This document shows positions 26,393 through 41,174 of a stretch of 64,000 nt of DNA, piece by piece (the stretch's first letter is position 1; each line of letters begins with the position of its first letter). The translations under genes and the position numbers were made by a program. The stretch covers positions 34,162,001-34,226,000 of the forward strand of contig NC_042999.1 of assembly GCF_006345805.1 (NCBI RefSeq). The letters are read 5' to 3'. The stretch comes from Octopus sinensis. Lineage: Eukaryota. The notes beneath the pieces were generated by a model. That model made no database searches. It was not told the DNA's origin and saw only the letters and a list, made by a program, of their open reading frames with translations.

Positions 26393-26449
<57 letters not shown>

Positions 26450-26477
26450 CGGCAGCAGCAGCAGCAGCAGCAGTAGC

Positions 26478-26526
<49 letters not shown>

Positions 26527-26528
26527 AT

Positions 26529-27088
26529 TGCTCTGGTGCACTACCAGACAGTGGCTTCTGATCTTAACGTGGCTTCTGATCTTAACTGATTGGAAGTTTT
26601 ATCACATACCTTGTTTTGTCTTCGTATAAAATATGGGCTACAGCAAATATTCTGCTGAATACCACAGAAATGCTTGTCAGTTGTTTGACCTTAACCAGTT
26701 GACCAAAATCCTTAGTGGCTGATGATATGTACATCTCTGATCATGAGCAGTAGTGGGGGAGCATCAAGCCGTGGGTTGAACGGAATTCTTGGAGGTTTGG
26801 ATAATTCACCTTTGGAAACATGGGTTGTTTGTTCAACATCCTTAAACAATCCTTATTCAGGGACCTTTTGAGCGGGATGGGCTACTCGACCAGAAGAAAA
26901 TTCTAACTGGGCCCCACATGCAAGGTCATGCGTTGTTTATCTTGATGAGAGATCACCATGTCGCGCACATATGGTTGTGATGCATGTACCTGGTACACCC
27001 TTATCAGACGGGTAGTCATAATGGGTATACTGGGCTGCGTATATTTTACCCCAATGTCACTATGATGGTATGCACTGCTCTCTCACTC
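26529..27088 (+). mobile_element. About 555-bp non-coding interspersed element, copy 2
   Basis: Colinear with 2291-2845 and has an 18-bp duplication (GTGGCTTCTGATCTTAAC) near the 5' end. Preceded by (TAG)n-TAA and followed by AATAATAATGATAAT. Confidence 0.8.
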
Positions 27089-28929
27089 AATAATAATGAT
27101 AATAATGAGGAGGAGGAACAGAAGGAGAGGAGGAGAAAGAATGTTGTTGTTGTTGGTGGTGGTGTTGGTGATGTTCTTTATAAATCGCAAATGCTCGAAA
27201 TATAAGGAGAGTAGCATGACGGTACAGACAGGTTAGTCTTGGTTTGCTTGTAAAAATATGTGATAAGACCGAAAACAAAAACAAAAATCTAACAATATAT
27301 TAAAATGAATGAATATTCCTTAACAGCGGGGACGCAGATGAGAGACACTCGATTAAAACCCCATGAAACCTCATTCGCACTGCGCACTAGCACAGAATTG
27401 ATAAGGTAAAGTAGTCAGTTTTTTGAAAGCAATTTAATCTTTCACAAATTGTAACAAATTCAATATTCCAGCTATCGAGAAAATACATTAATTAAAAAGT
27501 ATTCATTGGGAAAATTACCCACAATGAATTATTGCAATGTATGCAGACTTAAATATTTTCGATTTGAAATTTACGATATTTATAACTCCCTCACTATATT
27601 AACATTATGTATTTTCATTCTCATTTCTGCTACATTCTCCCACTTATCCGTTCCTTTTCACCTTTTACTAGCTCCTTTTCCCTGGATATCTGTTTAAAAT
27701 CTTATAAGCATTCACGTATATCACATTTTTCTTCCTTTCACATTTCTCCGTATAAATATATTTTCTGGTTAAGTATAATCAATATATTTTTGCATTGCCG
27801 TGGTTTGTGTTGTTCTTATGTTCCATTCATTTGGAGAAATATCAGAAAATTGCTGTCACTTTGGCAAGCATAAACATGCTGTTTCTTTTTATTTTTATTT
27901 CCTATCTACTTAATCATTAATCTATTTCCTACAGTACTGATCTCTATTACTGATTTCAATAAAAAATTAATTCGTTTTCTTTTCATATTTCATAATTTTT
28001 CTTCTTGCTTTTTCTACATTCATTTGAGTTTTACAATGTTTCATCACGTTTGTTTCCACCTTGCTTTCTCTTATAACAATGTCGTAGTTTCCAGCAGTTA
28101 TGTGTATATTTTCTTAACAGAATTCCACGTCTCAGTTGCATATTTATCATTGTAAATGTTTCAAAAGTAACCATCTTTTTTTCTTGTATTTATAATCTTA
28201 TTAATTGCACTAAGTAACATATGTTTTGGTTGTCTGAATATTTTGCTGTTTCTATACAATGTTTTTGGTGCTGAACTGCAAAATTCACCTAGTTTACACC
28301 CGTCACCGACATTTTCGGAACTAATTTTGGTTTTTTATTGAGTCTAACCTAAAGTTAACAGTCATCACAATTACTATTTCCAACGTAGAGAGAAAACGAA
28401 ATTCAATTCCATAAGTAATTGTTCAAAATGTTGCAAATAAATGTATTTAATGAATAAAATGAATAACAAACTCAGAAAAATATGGAACATCTTTAAAACA
28501 GAATTAACAAGACAAATGTTTCACGATAAAAATTCAAGTTAACACTACAAGAAATGTAGTTTAAAAACATGCAACAATCTGATGTTTTTTTTTTTTTTGT
28601 ATTTGTTAAAGAAGCATTACATCCTTCAGTCAAGATTCTGATAAATCCTAAAGACTCATGAACTACGGCATGCTATGCAAACGAACATTTCCCGATTCAC
28701 CTCAGGTTTCAAGTTTGTTGTATTATTTTCTGACTTCAGTATCACATATACTTGAAGTCCAAGAAATGCAAATTCCTTCACGTTAGAAAACAATAAAAAA
28801 ACGTTGCTTTTTTAATCCCATTTCATCTGATAACACGTTTATATATCCTTGAAAATGGTCTCAGTAATATTTCAATTTCCTGGCTGGAACTCCGGGCGTG
28901 GAAGTATGTGAATATACCATTAATGATCA

Positions 28930-29289
28930 GTATTCTTAAAAGAACATGAGCTAATAAAATTGCTGCAGCTCGACTTGGATGTTTTACCCTACCCTCCATA
29001 TTCCCCAGATATTAATCCTTCGGATTTCCACTTATTCAGGTTTCTGCAGAATAGTCTTAATTGCGAAAATTTCAATTCCTTGGATGACGTAAGAAGATAT
29101 CTTGATACATTTTTTGCCATGAAACAACCTCAGTTCTGGGAAGAGTCTATTTCCAAGTTAAAGGACAGATGGAGACGCATTGTGGAGCAAAATGTTTCAT
29201 ATTTGGTTGATTAAAAATGTAATGGCAAGTATTTATTGACCTTTTTCTTCCCTTTAAAAATCGGCGCGAACTTTCCAGACAACACAATA
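28930..29289 (+). mobile_element. mariner transposon 3' end (transposase C-terminus and terminal inverted repeat)
   Basis: PYPPYSPDINPSDFHLF matches the mariner YSPDLAPSD motif; the ORF ends KLKDRWRRIVEQN. A terminal-repeat-like end GAACTTTCCAGACAACACAA|TA follows. Confidence 0.85.
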
Positions 29290-32200
29290 GTTACGTTGTT
29301 TACGAAAAATTGCAATACTCTAAGATCGTACTTCAGTCCAGCAATACTCTGCAAGAAATACCGTCTGTACAATAACGCTGGTCTCCAATAGCGTCAGATT
29401 TATTTACAATTTGTGTAATTTTCACATATACAACAGATCGACACTCATGGTCAATTAAAATCTTTTTGCAACCTGGATACCGTGGATCTTAACTTCTTTT
29501 AACTTTAATGTCCCTTATAACAATACAGACGCAGCTGCTCTCTTCATATTCTGAGAAATATGCAACAAATATAAAGCATAGATCCCTCACCTCTCAACTA
29601 TCTTTTAGAAAAGATCAACATTTTTCACATGTTACTTGAGTGAGCCCAACTTAGTTTGGGTAACCAGTAATCATTTCAAAGTACATATTCCATGATAGCA
29701 GAAATTGACGCTTTCATAATCTTCTGTAATATCTCATAAGTTCCAACTTAATATTTAAAAACATAACAGAATATATCTAGATAGCGACGCTCTACTTCCT
29801 TAGTTTGTAATATTTTAAAGCTTAAGAATGCAGAAGTCTAGATGATATGAACATAAAAAATATGATTTAAGATATAAATATGTTAAAAGGTACAGATATA
29901 CAGGTGGAAGCGTCATTTGCCAGTGTTAATAATACTCCATAAAAGTAAACATCATAATTTTACGTTTGATGAAAAAAAAAGCCAATAATATCTTTTGGAG
30001 TCAGTCCCATAAATTTAATTATATGGAATGACAAATTTAAAGAGAAAATCCTGTTTAGGTTTGTAATGTAGTGGTATATTAGTCTAAGAAATACAGTTAC
30101 TTCAGCCGCGTAAGAAACGAATCATGGCCCTGCTCTACATATTAATGTTAAAAAAAACTCTAATTTTGTTGTCCTTGATTTATATTTAATCCGCATCATA
30201 TTTCGGAGGACGCTAAATATTACGTAATAATTTCGGAAAGTTTCCTTTCTATCCCTCGCAATTATACTCGGGTGGAATTATTTTACCCGAATTATTGTCA
30301 CGTCCCCAGAGCAGTACATACTTAAGTAAATACTACTAAGGTTTTTTTATCGTGATATCTGTTTACTTCTCACTAAATATATTTGTAAATACTGTCGTAT
30401 CTTAAAATACAGGTCTCAAATTGTATCAATTCAATATTATTTTACTGATTCTACAGCCTACCCTAGGTATTAATTTCTTGTTTCATGATTGTGTTGCTTG
30501 CCGGACTTCTGATTCTTGATAAGACTATTGTACAAGTAAGGTGATAAGTCTCATTCTGCTTTGAATCACATGTTTTCAACGGGTACCGTGGATATCTTAA
30601 TGCGTGGCATATTGCCTCGATTAAACAATCCGATGGTACTGTTAGGCAATCCGATGGTACTGTCTGGCGAATTTAGTTGAGGAGTATCGTATAGGGGGAA
30701 TATCAAAAGTTCACGTTAAAGTTCAAATGCGTTCGTGCTTCACACACACATACTATTTTACCGCTCAGTTAATTATAGTCTTATATCATGCGAGCTATAG
30801 TCTGTCTCTTCCAAGTAATCGACATACTTCCAATGTATCCCTCTCATCTATTTGTCTGTGATTACTCGTATTCTTATGGTCTATATAGGAGCTACCGTTA
30901 TAATGCCTCGCAAGATAATCTTCATACACTCTTCCAGAAAATTAAATTGTTCAACTTACTTCGTTATATCTGCCTCTCCACGTATTATATGCTAACTAAT
31001 CGGTTTCTAATCTGTGGCTTCAAAACCTATTTCTACCAAAAAAATATGAGCCTTTTCTGTATTTTGAATGATAACATTTGAATTGGTTGTATTCGGTAAC
31101 TTTTATAATTAGAATAATTTTTATTTCCCGATTTCATTTATCATGTCAAGTTCCTCAACAACCCGCTTCTATTTTGTATTGTGATATCAATGCAATGTAT
31201 ATAAACCAGTTATATATGCGGGGGTACATAACAGGATGACATGCATAATAATGCTTGGGCATGAGCATTATTTAGATCGTAATTTAGATTGGTGCAATTT
31301 AACTCGAATTGCATAATACTGGAATAATTTCTGTTTGATGTTTATCTGTGTTAATTTCTATTGTTTTGGTTTGTATAGATTTACACCTACTTATTTTTAT
31401 CGAAACTACAATTCTTGTGGTTTCAGGCCACAGGTAATGCAAAAAGAACCATCAACACGAGTAGGAGTAGAAGCATTCGAACTATGATAATCACCGGCAC
31501 CATTATTATCGTCATCGTCACCATCATCATCATCACAACCACCACCACCATCATCGTTATCATCACACCACCACCAAGAGCAACAACACCTTTATCATCA
31601 TCAGCATCACTATTACCGTCCACGTTATCGTTCTTATTGTCATTGGAATCACCTTCCACATCACCAACATTATCATCATCACCGATGTCTTTATCATCAT
31701 CAATTTCATCATTATCGACATCGTAATCAATATCACCCCCTCACCATCTACTTCTTTATTTCATATGTTGCCATAAGAAAGTTTACACTGCTTAGTCATA
31801 TTTTATTTGTCAGTTTAAACCACGATTTGTAGTTTTTCGGGGGATTTATAGCGGTTCGACTTGACGGAAGCTTTAGAGCACGTTTGAAAGGAGATTAGGA
31901 GGAGATAGAATTAATGGGAGTAGCGGAAAAGAAAAAAAATATGAGTGTATGCTTGAATAGATATTCTTAACTAATATTTTAACTCATAATCTCCATTCAA
32001 ACTCGTATTATTTTAATTGTAGAACTGTCCATTCGATGAACACTATAAATTATACTTATGCTACATTAATCACAGTATCTTAGTAAGTTCTTGAATGTAA
32101 CATAGCTTTTTATAAGGAAATTTCAGAATCGCAAGCGAACCATGTGTTCCACATTATGTATAAATATTGACTTGCAACATATTGTCTTGCTTGACTTCGT

Positions 32201-32440
32201 ATAAATCTTTCCTTACAAAGAATCTATCAAAAGTACAAATTCAGACATATACGATGTTGAATGCCGAAGATCTATTCCAAGGGAGCCATAGTTACACCTA
32301 CATATGTGTGTGTGTCTGTGTATGTGTGCGTGTGAGTGTGAGTATGTGATGTGTGTTTGTATGTGTTGTAGGTACACTTTGTGTATGTATCTATGCATGT
32401 TAATATACGACAAATCACATGCTCACACACTCACATCACG

Positions 32441-32793
32441 GCACTTCTTCGATTGCAACAACGAGGGTTCCAGTTGATCCGATCAACGGAACAGCCTGCT
32501 CTTGAAATTAAGGTGCAAGTGGCTGAGCACCCCACAGACACGTGCCCCCTTAATATAACTCTCGTGGAGATTTAACGTGACACAGGTACAACAGCGTGAC
32601 ACAGGTACAATAGGAACAAGAAGAAAGAGTGAGAGAAAGTTGTGGTGAAAGTACAAGGTTCGCCGTGGCCCCAAACCAGTGGCACGTGGAGTTTTCGCTC
32701 AATAAATACACACAACGCCCGGTCTGGGATTCGAAACCGTAATCATACGACCGTGAGTCCACTGCCCTATCCACTGGGCCATTGCGTTTCCAC
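32441..32793 (-). mobile_element. SINE family C, near full length
   Basis: Reverse complement is colinear with 55849-56232 and has a tRNA-like head with A and B boxes. Confidence 0.85.
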
Positions 32794-33309
32794 ATACACA
32801 CACACACACGTAATATATGTACGTCATATATGTATGTATAAATGAGTGTGCGCGTTTAAATTATTTGTGATGTAAAGCAGAATGTCACCGAGTTTCTAAA
32901 TTATATGAGGCTCAAACAACACCGTAGAATGTCATTAAGGAACAATAACTCTTTTTTTTTCTATTGATGGCAAATTATGAAGAATAACGGAATTTGGAAA
33001 GGAGAGTCGTAAAGAAAACCCAAGCGTGAATTTATTTTGACAGCAATAATTAATCAGAGTTAAACGAATTTTTATAAACTTACTAATGATCCAGTTGTGT
33101 GTGTCTGCATTTCAAATTAAGAACGTAACATTCATTTTTATCTTGTTTAAAAACTACTCGTTATAATTTAGCAAAATGATGACAAGCTATAAGCGTGTGG
33201 TGTGTATAACACGGAGATGTTTCGCAGGCGTAAACAAACCGCGGCCATTTACAAGATTTCCACGCACTTTCAGTGTTCTAAATCATTAATTTGTGATCTG
33301 ATAATCGTG

Positions 33310-34460
33310 TAATTATGGGTTGTAAATGTAACGTAACTGCTTCGGAGAAATCTCATTACTTCTGAACTTGCAAAAGGTAAATCAACGTTATAAATATCTA
33401 AAATAATTGGAAGATATCACCAAACTGAGAAGGAAATTCTTACAGCTCATACGAAGATATGTAAGAGAGCCGAATCGAGCCAGCCGAGGGTTGTATTTCA
33501 ATACTCTCTATCATGAATTAAGCGTGAAGCTGTAAAGTAGTCATGTCATACAAGTGGGGAACGTTCCAAGCGCATTGGCGAAACAACTATGTCCAGAACT
33601 ACTAGATGTCGTCTTCTGAAATAGGTGAGTTAAAAGACCTCCTTGAAGCAAAATACATGTACGAAATCAGGGAATCAGTTGCAAAACCTCCTTTAAACAA
33701 AATACACGTGCGAAATCGTCTGAAATGAGCAGAAAATAACATGAAGTTCGACTTTTCAAAGTTCCGTTTGCGGATGAAACTCGTGCTACTTTTGATGGAC
33801 CTGATGACTGGAGTAAGGGATAGGTTGTAAATGGACGAGATCGCCATCAACGTTGGAGACGCCAACAAGGGTGTGGAGACGTCATGATTTGGACAGGTAT
33901 TATTGGAGGTATTATAGATGGTCGTTGGAAAGTGCCGGACGGTGTTAAAATGACTGCAGATACTCGCATAGCCTTTCTGAGAGAGCACCTTGAACCTTGG
34001 TTAAAAAAGCAAAGGATCATCTTCAAGACAATTATAATATTCATGCGAAATAATGCGAGAGCGCATTATTTCGCATGAATATTATAATATTCAGCGAAGA
34101 AAACCATAGAGTATCTGCAACAATTAAAATGCTATGGCCCAATGGAAAACTTGTGGATTATTCTAAAGCGACAAGATTTACGTGAATGGACGCCAGTTTA
34201 AGAGCAAGTATGATGTACCTCGTGGTAAATTAGCATGTTCCATGGACCAGTGCCTTTTCCAACTTATTTCAAACAAAGTCTCATACATCGCTTACTAACC
34301 TGCTCAATTGTCACTTCTGAACACTCTTGATTCGTTTATTTTTTTTTTCTTCCATGTTTACGACTATGTGTTCATTTCAGTATGTACATCAAACAATTAA
34401 ATAGGTATTTTCCTGTTTAAATGAGTTTCAATGGCATCTACCTAATAATTTGAAACGGAA
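33310..34460 (+). mobile_element. Decayed Tc1-like transposon
   Basis: DETRAT.DGPD, RRQQGCGDVMIWTGII, IFMRNNA and PMENLWIILKR correspond to Tc1 DDE motifs. Frameshifted. Confidence 0.8.
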
Positions 34461-34720
34461 AGTTTATGTAAATTTGGTAAATGGCAGTAGATCCTCTATT
34501 GTTTTACAGAACCTCACGTTTTTTAACTACCACGCACATGTGATTGTTGCCATTATTCTGTGAAAATTTCGTTGAAGTCTAGCGAGTAATGTTTAAATAA
34601 AGTTTGAAAAATATTAGGTCGTTAATAATTTGAAACGCGGTGTATACTCAATTCCATATGATTTGTTGATTTTGGTACTGTCTCTCTTCTGTATTGTTAT
34701 GAAAACCACAATACGTATGT

Positions 34721-34781
<61 letters not shown>

Positions 34782-36149
34782 TGTTAAGATCAGTTACCTC
34801 ACATATAAACCGCCAAATTAGAAAGAATATAAATTCGAACGAAATACCTGAACGAAATGGTTATAGGATAGATATATTAACATAGCGCTACACATTTGCC
34901 AGCTGAGATGTAATAATATATGTACTAATACAGCAAGGTATGGAATAAATTATTTAATATACTGGATATATTTAGCCACGTGCGTTTCCTATAAAATTCA
35001 TTTACTGTGCTACTTTGTGTTTTTAACATGTCAACGCAGTTCAGCAAGGAGCCGAGTTTCGTACGAATGGCATTTCACGTACCATCGAATTAGTGGATTT
35101 AGATATTATTGTTGTTCAGTTGCAAGATCTGTGGAAAGAGTGGAGTAGGTAAAGTTGCACAGCTGGATATTTAACTAGGAAATGTAATTTAGCTATTTTT
35201 TTTAGTGACAGTAAAAAAGGTTTCTGCACTACATCTGAGAATAGATTTATATTTTTGTATTTGTTGTTTTGCGTGTGATTTAAAACATAGCAACAGTTCT
35301 CGGTTTATCGGCGTTGCATTTTTTGTGAGCAGGTTTTTCTTACAGGTTAGCAAGTTAGCAACCTAGTAGTGCTCAGGGGGTCTGAGTCTTTGAAAGGTTT
35401 AGATTTTGGGGTGTTTCAGTGTTGTTGTCATTGATTCAGTGTACAATTGAAAGCTCAATACGGATGTTATGAATTGGTATAAATATAAAGGCTTCAATAG
35501 ACGTCGTTTAAAAGGTGTGTGTGAAGAATTGAGTTTGAAGGCGTCTCTATTTGCTTAAGGCATTGATTGCTTTTGAGTGAAGAAGAGACACGTTTATATA
35601 AACTGTAAATTGTTTCTACTTACAGATTATATTAGACGAATAGAAGTTTGAATCATCTGTGTAGGATTATGTGTATTTATATAAGAGAATAAGAGAATAT
35701 ATTCGTATTGCAAAATAATTCTTAGAATAAAAACAGATGTTGCAATTTGAAAGCGACAAATTTAACCAACACTTGCCTTAGAATATATAGTATGTGGGTG
35801 GCTAAGAGTCCGAATTACAATTGCTAGCATACAATTGCCCATACAGAATTATTCTGAAATGCAACACATGAAAGCCGAAGGAATATCTTAGGCATGATTT
35901 TAATCAGTTTGTTCTCATCCCACATACACTGTTCCCACTCTCATTCCATTATGAATATGAAAGGTTTTATCAATTATATGAATCAAATTTTGCCTGGTAT
36001 CGGACAAAAATAATTTACTATATCCCGCAATGATTTCGTTTGCTTTCATATTTAATACGTTTGACGCTTCAGCGTGATAAAATCGAAGCATGATATTACC
36101 GTGTTTTGAGTTTAAACCGTGTGAACCAAGATTAATATAATTCAAAGAA

Positions 36150-36720
36150 ATTCATGTTAATATGCTTCTACTAACTGTCGCCACACAGAATCTAACAGTG
36201 ACTAATACAAGACACTGACAAAAATAAAACATCTGTGTTACTGTTCAGTATATGAACAGGTTTTCTCTACCGGTCATCTGAGTATCTGTCACCAGTCTCA
36301 AGTGTTTCACTGTGTCAATCGATTTCATTTAGACAAGGATAGAAAAAAAGTGTTCTCTTCGATAGATTTCTCTTTGATCTGGCGGGGATGCACCACACTA
36401 TACACACTTTTCCTTTTCTCTCTCAATTTGTATTGAATTACAGGTACAACTACTGAGATTAACGCATGTGATTTATCGTGTAACACCCTTGCGAGTATCT
36501 TCCGGGGAGTACAACGTAAAGGACGATTTCTCTCGATATATTTTGCATTCTTCCTTACCCATCTTCTTGAATACGGTGTTAGTCTTACACCACCAAACCT
36601 TTCGGACATCGTCTCCTACAAGCCGTCAAACCTCTAAGAATGTCATCCTAATTTTTAGCACTTCTGTTGGAATCCTACGTATTCTTTCCACATTTTTGTT
36701 ACCTTCCAGCTACTAATTCA
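36150..36720 (-). mobile_element. Old RTE-clade LINE RT fragment
   Basis: IPTEVLK, KILARVL and RQIKEKSIEEN resemble the RTE KILARIL / RQLQEKCREQN motifs. Heavily decayed. Confidence 0.55.
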
Positions 36721-36834
36721 TCCTTTACACTTTTTCTGAGGGTACATGTAAGAGGATAAATTTGGCTCCAGGCCGCACCTAAGATATATCACTAATATTC
36801 CCAGTAGAAAAATATATTGCCTTCCAGAATACAC

Positions 36835-36907
<73 letters not shown>

Positions 36908-36919
36908 ATATATATATAT

Positions 36920-37605
36920 GTACGACTCTATTTGTCTTTGTATTATTTCGTTCTTTCCTTCTTTCTATCAGCCCTTTCACACTTCGTCCATTCTCCTCTT
37001 CGTTCTCCCTCTCTCACATTTCCTGGCCGTCTCTTCATGCTCACTTTCCCTGCTCTTTCACTTCACTGTGTCTTTCATTTTCTTTCTCGCCCCTCCTTAG
37101 TTCTTCCGTCCCTCTACCTCTACCTCTCTCTCTTTTCTCCCCACTTGACAGGTGTTCGGCCAGGCCTGACATTTCATTCTTGGTTCGACTACCATCCGTG
37201 CAACATCTATATTCCTCCCTGTGTCAGTTAAACCTCATGGACCTGCCGTAAGGCTTTACTTCTACACACGCCGGCTTAATTTAATTCGTCCTTAGTCGAA
37301 AAACAGCTGTTGTTAATTGCATTTGTATTTGTGTAACATTTCTCTCTAATTTTCCCTCCTTGGTTTCCTATACATTCGTTGCTTTCTTTCAAGGAATCTA
37401 ATGTTCTTAGCTTATTTTTCCCTTGCGGTTGGCCATATTGGAGTAATCTCGAGTATAACCAACCGAAATTACAAAAGTAATCTGGAAACTGAAGATAGAA
37501 AACTCCGAATGACCTGCCCTTGTTTTCCTTGTATCGTCTGTCTGGATGTTTTGTTATCCTTTTTTTGTATCACATAAATATCTGGATGTTTTTTGTTCTT
37601 GATAT
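36920..37605. mobile_element. Unclassified pyrimidine-rich element bounded by (TA)n
   Basis: (TA)n on both sides. Shares short blocks (TAGTCGAAA; TACATTCGTT..TCAAGG..TAATG) with 55230-55525. Confidence 0.4.
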
Positions 37606-37624
37606 GTATATATATATATATATC

Positions 37625-39350
37625 ATAGGTCTGCGGTCGATGGAAGGAAGGGAAGCAATGCTTACCTTAAAACTTATAGAAACAAAATTGAAACTATATA
37701 TTTTCCTTAAGATCATTCTTCTAATGATCTGTGAAATTAATATAAACTATATGGTATCATAGTCTTCAAACTTTATTTATCAGAATAAGCACGAGACGAC
37801 AAGCAGTGGCAGACCTCACAAAAAAATCTATGCAAGGGAAGCAACACGAGCTGTTGCATCCTTTGCGTTATAATATATTAACATTTTTTCCGGTAAAGAT
37901 GCCACAAAGTCAGTTTTTTCTTAATAGCTGAAAACAAATAGCTTTAGATGACAAAAAATACTATACGCTTAGATTAAGTTTCTGTTAATACGCAATGCCT
38001 ATGCTGTCTATGATCATACGTTGTTTTGTAACACATAGTAGAAGGGAAGCAAGGTTGCATTCTGCTTCCATCAGAAAAACGGTGAAAAGTTAACGCGCCT
38101 GGTTTTCTGCGTTTATTCAACTAATATTTTATACTTTTTGAAATTATAGAACTCCCCTTTTCGTTCATTGTATGGGTCATAGATTAAATCTAGTTCTGCC
38201 TCAAATATTCAAGAATGCGATAAGTTTGTTTATTTTTTTTTTTAAGATGAAGTCTTCTTCGTTATTTTTGTGTAGTTTGACTAAACTCGTGCATCTATTA
38301 GATACTGAAGTTAAGAAAGCATTTTCCAAAAGTAGCGCCAAATCGCTGGAGCTTGATTCATTCGTTGGTAGAAATTGTTCGTGAATATCATTAGCATCTA
38401 GATGATTTATTCCCAAACATCACTGATAATTCAAGTAAGTGGGACACGGAAAGTTATACCTATGCACGGGCGTTGTATTCAAATTTACAAAATTGTGAAT
38501 TCAGTTTTTTGTTAAATTTGTTTGGAGATATTTTTATTTACACAAATGCGGCATTTCACATCCCCAGAAAACAAAAAAAACATTTGACATATCCTTCTGT
38601 CTTTGTAAAGTAAATGAAAGTGTGAATGTTTTCAAAGAAAAAAAAAACACGTATTTTCTAAAGTTTGGGCTAACTTTGATGGCATTTATCCTCAAATAAA
38701 GAAAAGAGAGAAGGCGTTTGAAACAGAAGAAGAAAGATACAGACAGATGTTCTCCAAAATTATACATTTAATTTACGAGCAAATTGAGATACGATTTCAA
38801 AGTTTAAATGAATTCCATATTTTAGCGCTTCTCGATCCAATGAGACACAATAACGACGTCCAAGAAACATCTCCAGCTTGCCTTAAATATTCTTATTGGA
38901 GACAATTTTGACAGCAAAAAGTTTAGTAAACTTCCTGCCTTGTACATAGATGCTGAACGAAAACGAAAATCCGTTCAAGATTTACTTTACATTCTGCATA
39001 ATAGTGGATTAGATTACGCTTTGCCTCAGTTAATACTATCAGCGACAAGTGCTACCGTGGAACGCACCTTTTGATACCTAAGGTATACAAGAAATTCCGA
39101 GAGACAAGAAAGTTTGAGCAGTTTAGCTCTCACTGGCAAAGAAAAAGCCGTTTTAAAAAGCATTAAGAACGATACCTTCTATAATTATATCATCAACAAT
39201 TTCGACAAGAAAGAGAGAAGGATTAAATTAACATTTAAATAGAATAGGTAAGTTTTAATTGTGATTTTCTAATTCAAAAAATAGCTGTATAGTGACAGAA
39301 AATTTTGGTCATTGCTTCTTCAGCCAGAAAGATCACCACACGCCCTTCTA
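37625..39350 (+). mobile_element. hAT transposon relic
   Basis: C-terminal dimerisation motif ATSATVERTF...RNSERQESLSSLAL at about 39030-39150. GAAGCAATG occurs in inverted orientation near both ends. Confidence 0.6.
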
Positions 39351-41174
39351 TATACGACGGGCTTCTTTCAGTTTCACAAGGCTACGGTATTGCTAGAAAT
39401 AAGAGTTAAAACAACTGAAATCTACAAAGCACTATCTTAATGAGATAACAATGGAGACAACCCCCCCCCCCTCCAGGGTCGCAGATAGAGCTTGATCACA
39501 TTCTAGATGATTTCGCATTCTGATGCTTAACACATATGAATTCCCACCAGTAGCTCTAATCGCACCTAGGATTAAACTCATCTCGCCTAGTCAGCATATA
39601 AGATCTCCATTGAAATCATATACTGATTTCATGACCGGTAAAGTGAGAATTATAAATAATATTGGTCGATAATTCGCAATTTTACATTTTAAGGGCAGTA
39701 ATATATACGTCTCTAAAGTGAACAAGGGCTCTAATCAGCACCAGTATTGTTAGAAATAAGCGTCAAAATTACTCATTAGTCAAAAAATGCACTTAAGGAG
39801 CTGAGAATTGACACAAACAGCCAACATATAAATATGACGAATTGTGTGCATTTTGACATGTATTACGTGTATGTGTTAGAATTTTAGCATATGAAATTAT
39901 ATTGATAATATTGATTCAGTTTGTTTTCTTTTTCTGCCGATCACAGCAGAGTCATTTTGTGAGGACGTATCGTGGATCAGTTACCAAATGTGTAATGCAT
40001 CTTATATTTGTGTCCATACAGAAATATTCCATATTGTTGCAAATTTATTTGTTATATCTTTATTCAATTTCTTTTATATACAAGAGGAAATATTTTTCCT
40101 TCATTAAGAATCCACTCGTAGCAATATATTTCCGGTAAGTCTTGGACAAAAAGAAGTATAGATTATAAGAAAATTTATGTTATAGGGTTAAAATTGTTTG
40201 AGAAATTCAGAACAATAAAGAATAAATGGATTCCTTGTTTTCTCTCTTCATACACTTCTGCTTATATTCTTTTATTCCAGCTTGTATTTTAATGTTTTTC
40301 AAAATCAAATTTATTTCTTGTATATTGTTTGTTTTGTTTTGCGTCATTCGCACCTATCTTGATATTCACACTTTCGTTACCAGTCACACATCTATGCAGA
40401 ACTCCATTTGGTTCTATAGGAAACAAACAGAACAAACGCCTAGAAACCGTTTCACACAACCATATGTAGATTAAATATGTTTTCATACTCATCAAAACAA
40501 CACACACTCACGCCAACACGAATGCACATGGACGCATCCACACACACACACACACATACACACACACACACACGCACATACATACACAAATACACTCAAA
40601 CAAACACACACATATATCTAGAAAAGTTTTTGTCTCCTTCAAAAATACTGACGTGTTGTATTGTGATCATTCCTTCTAGTTCATTTACGTGAGAAATTTA
40701 TAGACACGAGCGTATTGCTAGCTCTATAAAATTTACAATATCAAACATAAACCCACGTATTCACACTTCCACCATGCACACACTTACACAGACACGCACA
40801 CGCACACACATAACACAACCATGTATGATGTATGTGTATGTGCATACCTGAACGTATTTGTGTAGATACGTATGTATATGGTTACGCACGAAGACATCCT
40901 ATCCTGTCTGTATGTGATGCAGGCAGAATGTAAAGAATTAGACATACAAAGCGCTAACATATGCTTCAATGACGTATTTATTAATTTCCTAATTTCATTA
41001 ACTATAATATCTATATAGAAAAGTTTACTTCCTGTATGTATACTACATCAAAGATTATTTATAAATATATTCCATTTTTTAATCAATTTTTATGTAAATA
41101 TGTGGTAGGGAACCGTTATATTTTAGATTTTGTTACGTCTCTAATGGCCTTGTGCCTAGTACGCGCATGACCGC

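Noticed and set aside
27480-29950. Old LINE endonuclease remnants on the - strand around the mariner (similar decayed coding-like tracts at 4.7-6.2 kb and 52-53.6 kb)
   Set aside because: Only isolated weak motifs such as YIDY, too decayed to call without alignment.
39946-40134. Possible + strand exon with acceptor and GTAAGT donor
   Set aside because: The peptide is low-information and AT-biased with no recognisable motif or partner exon.
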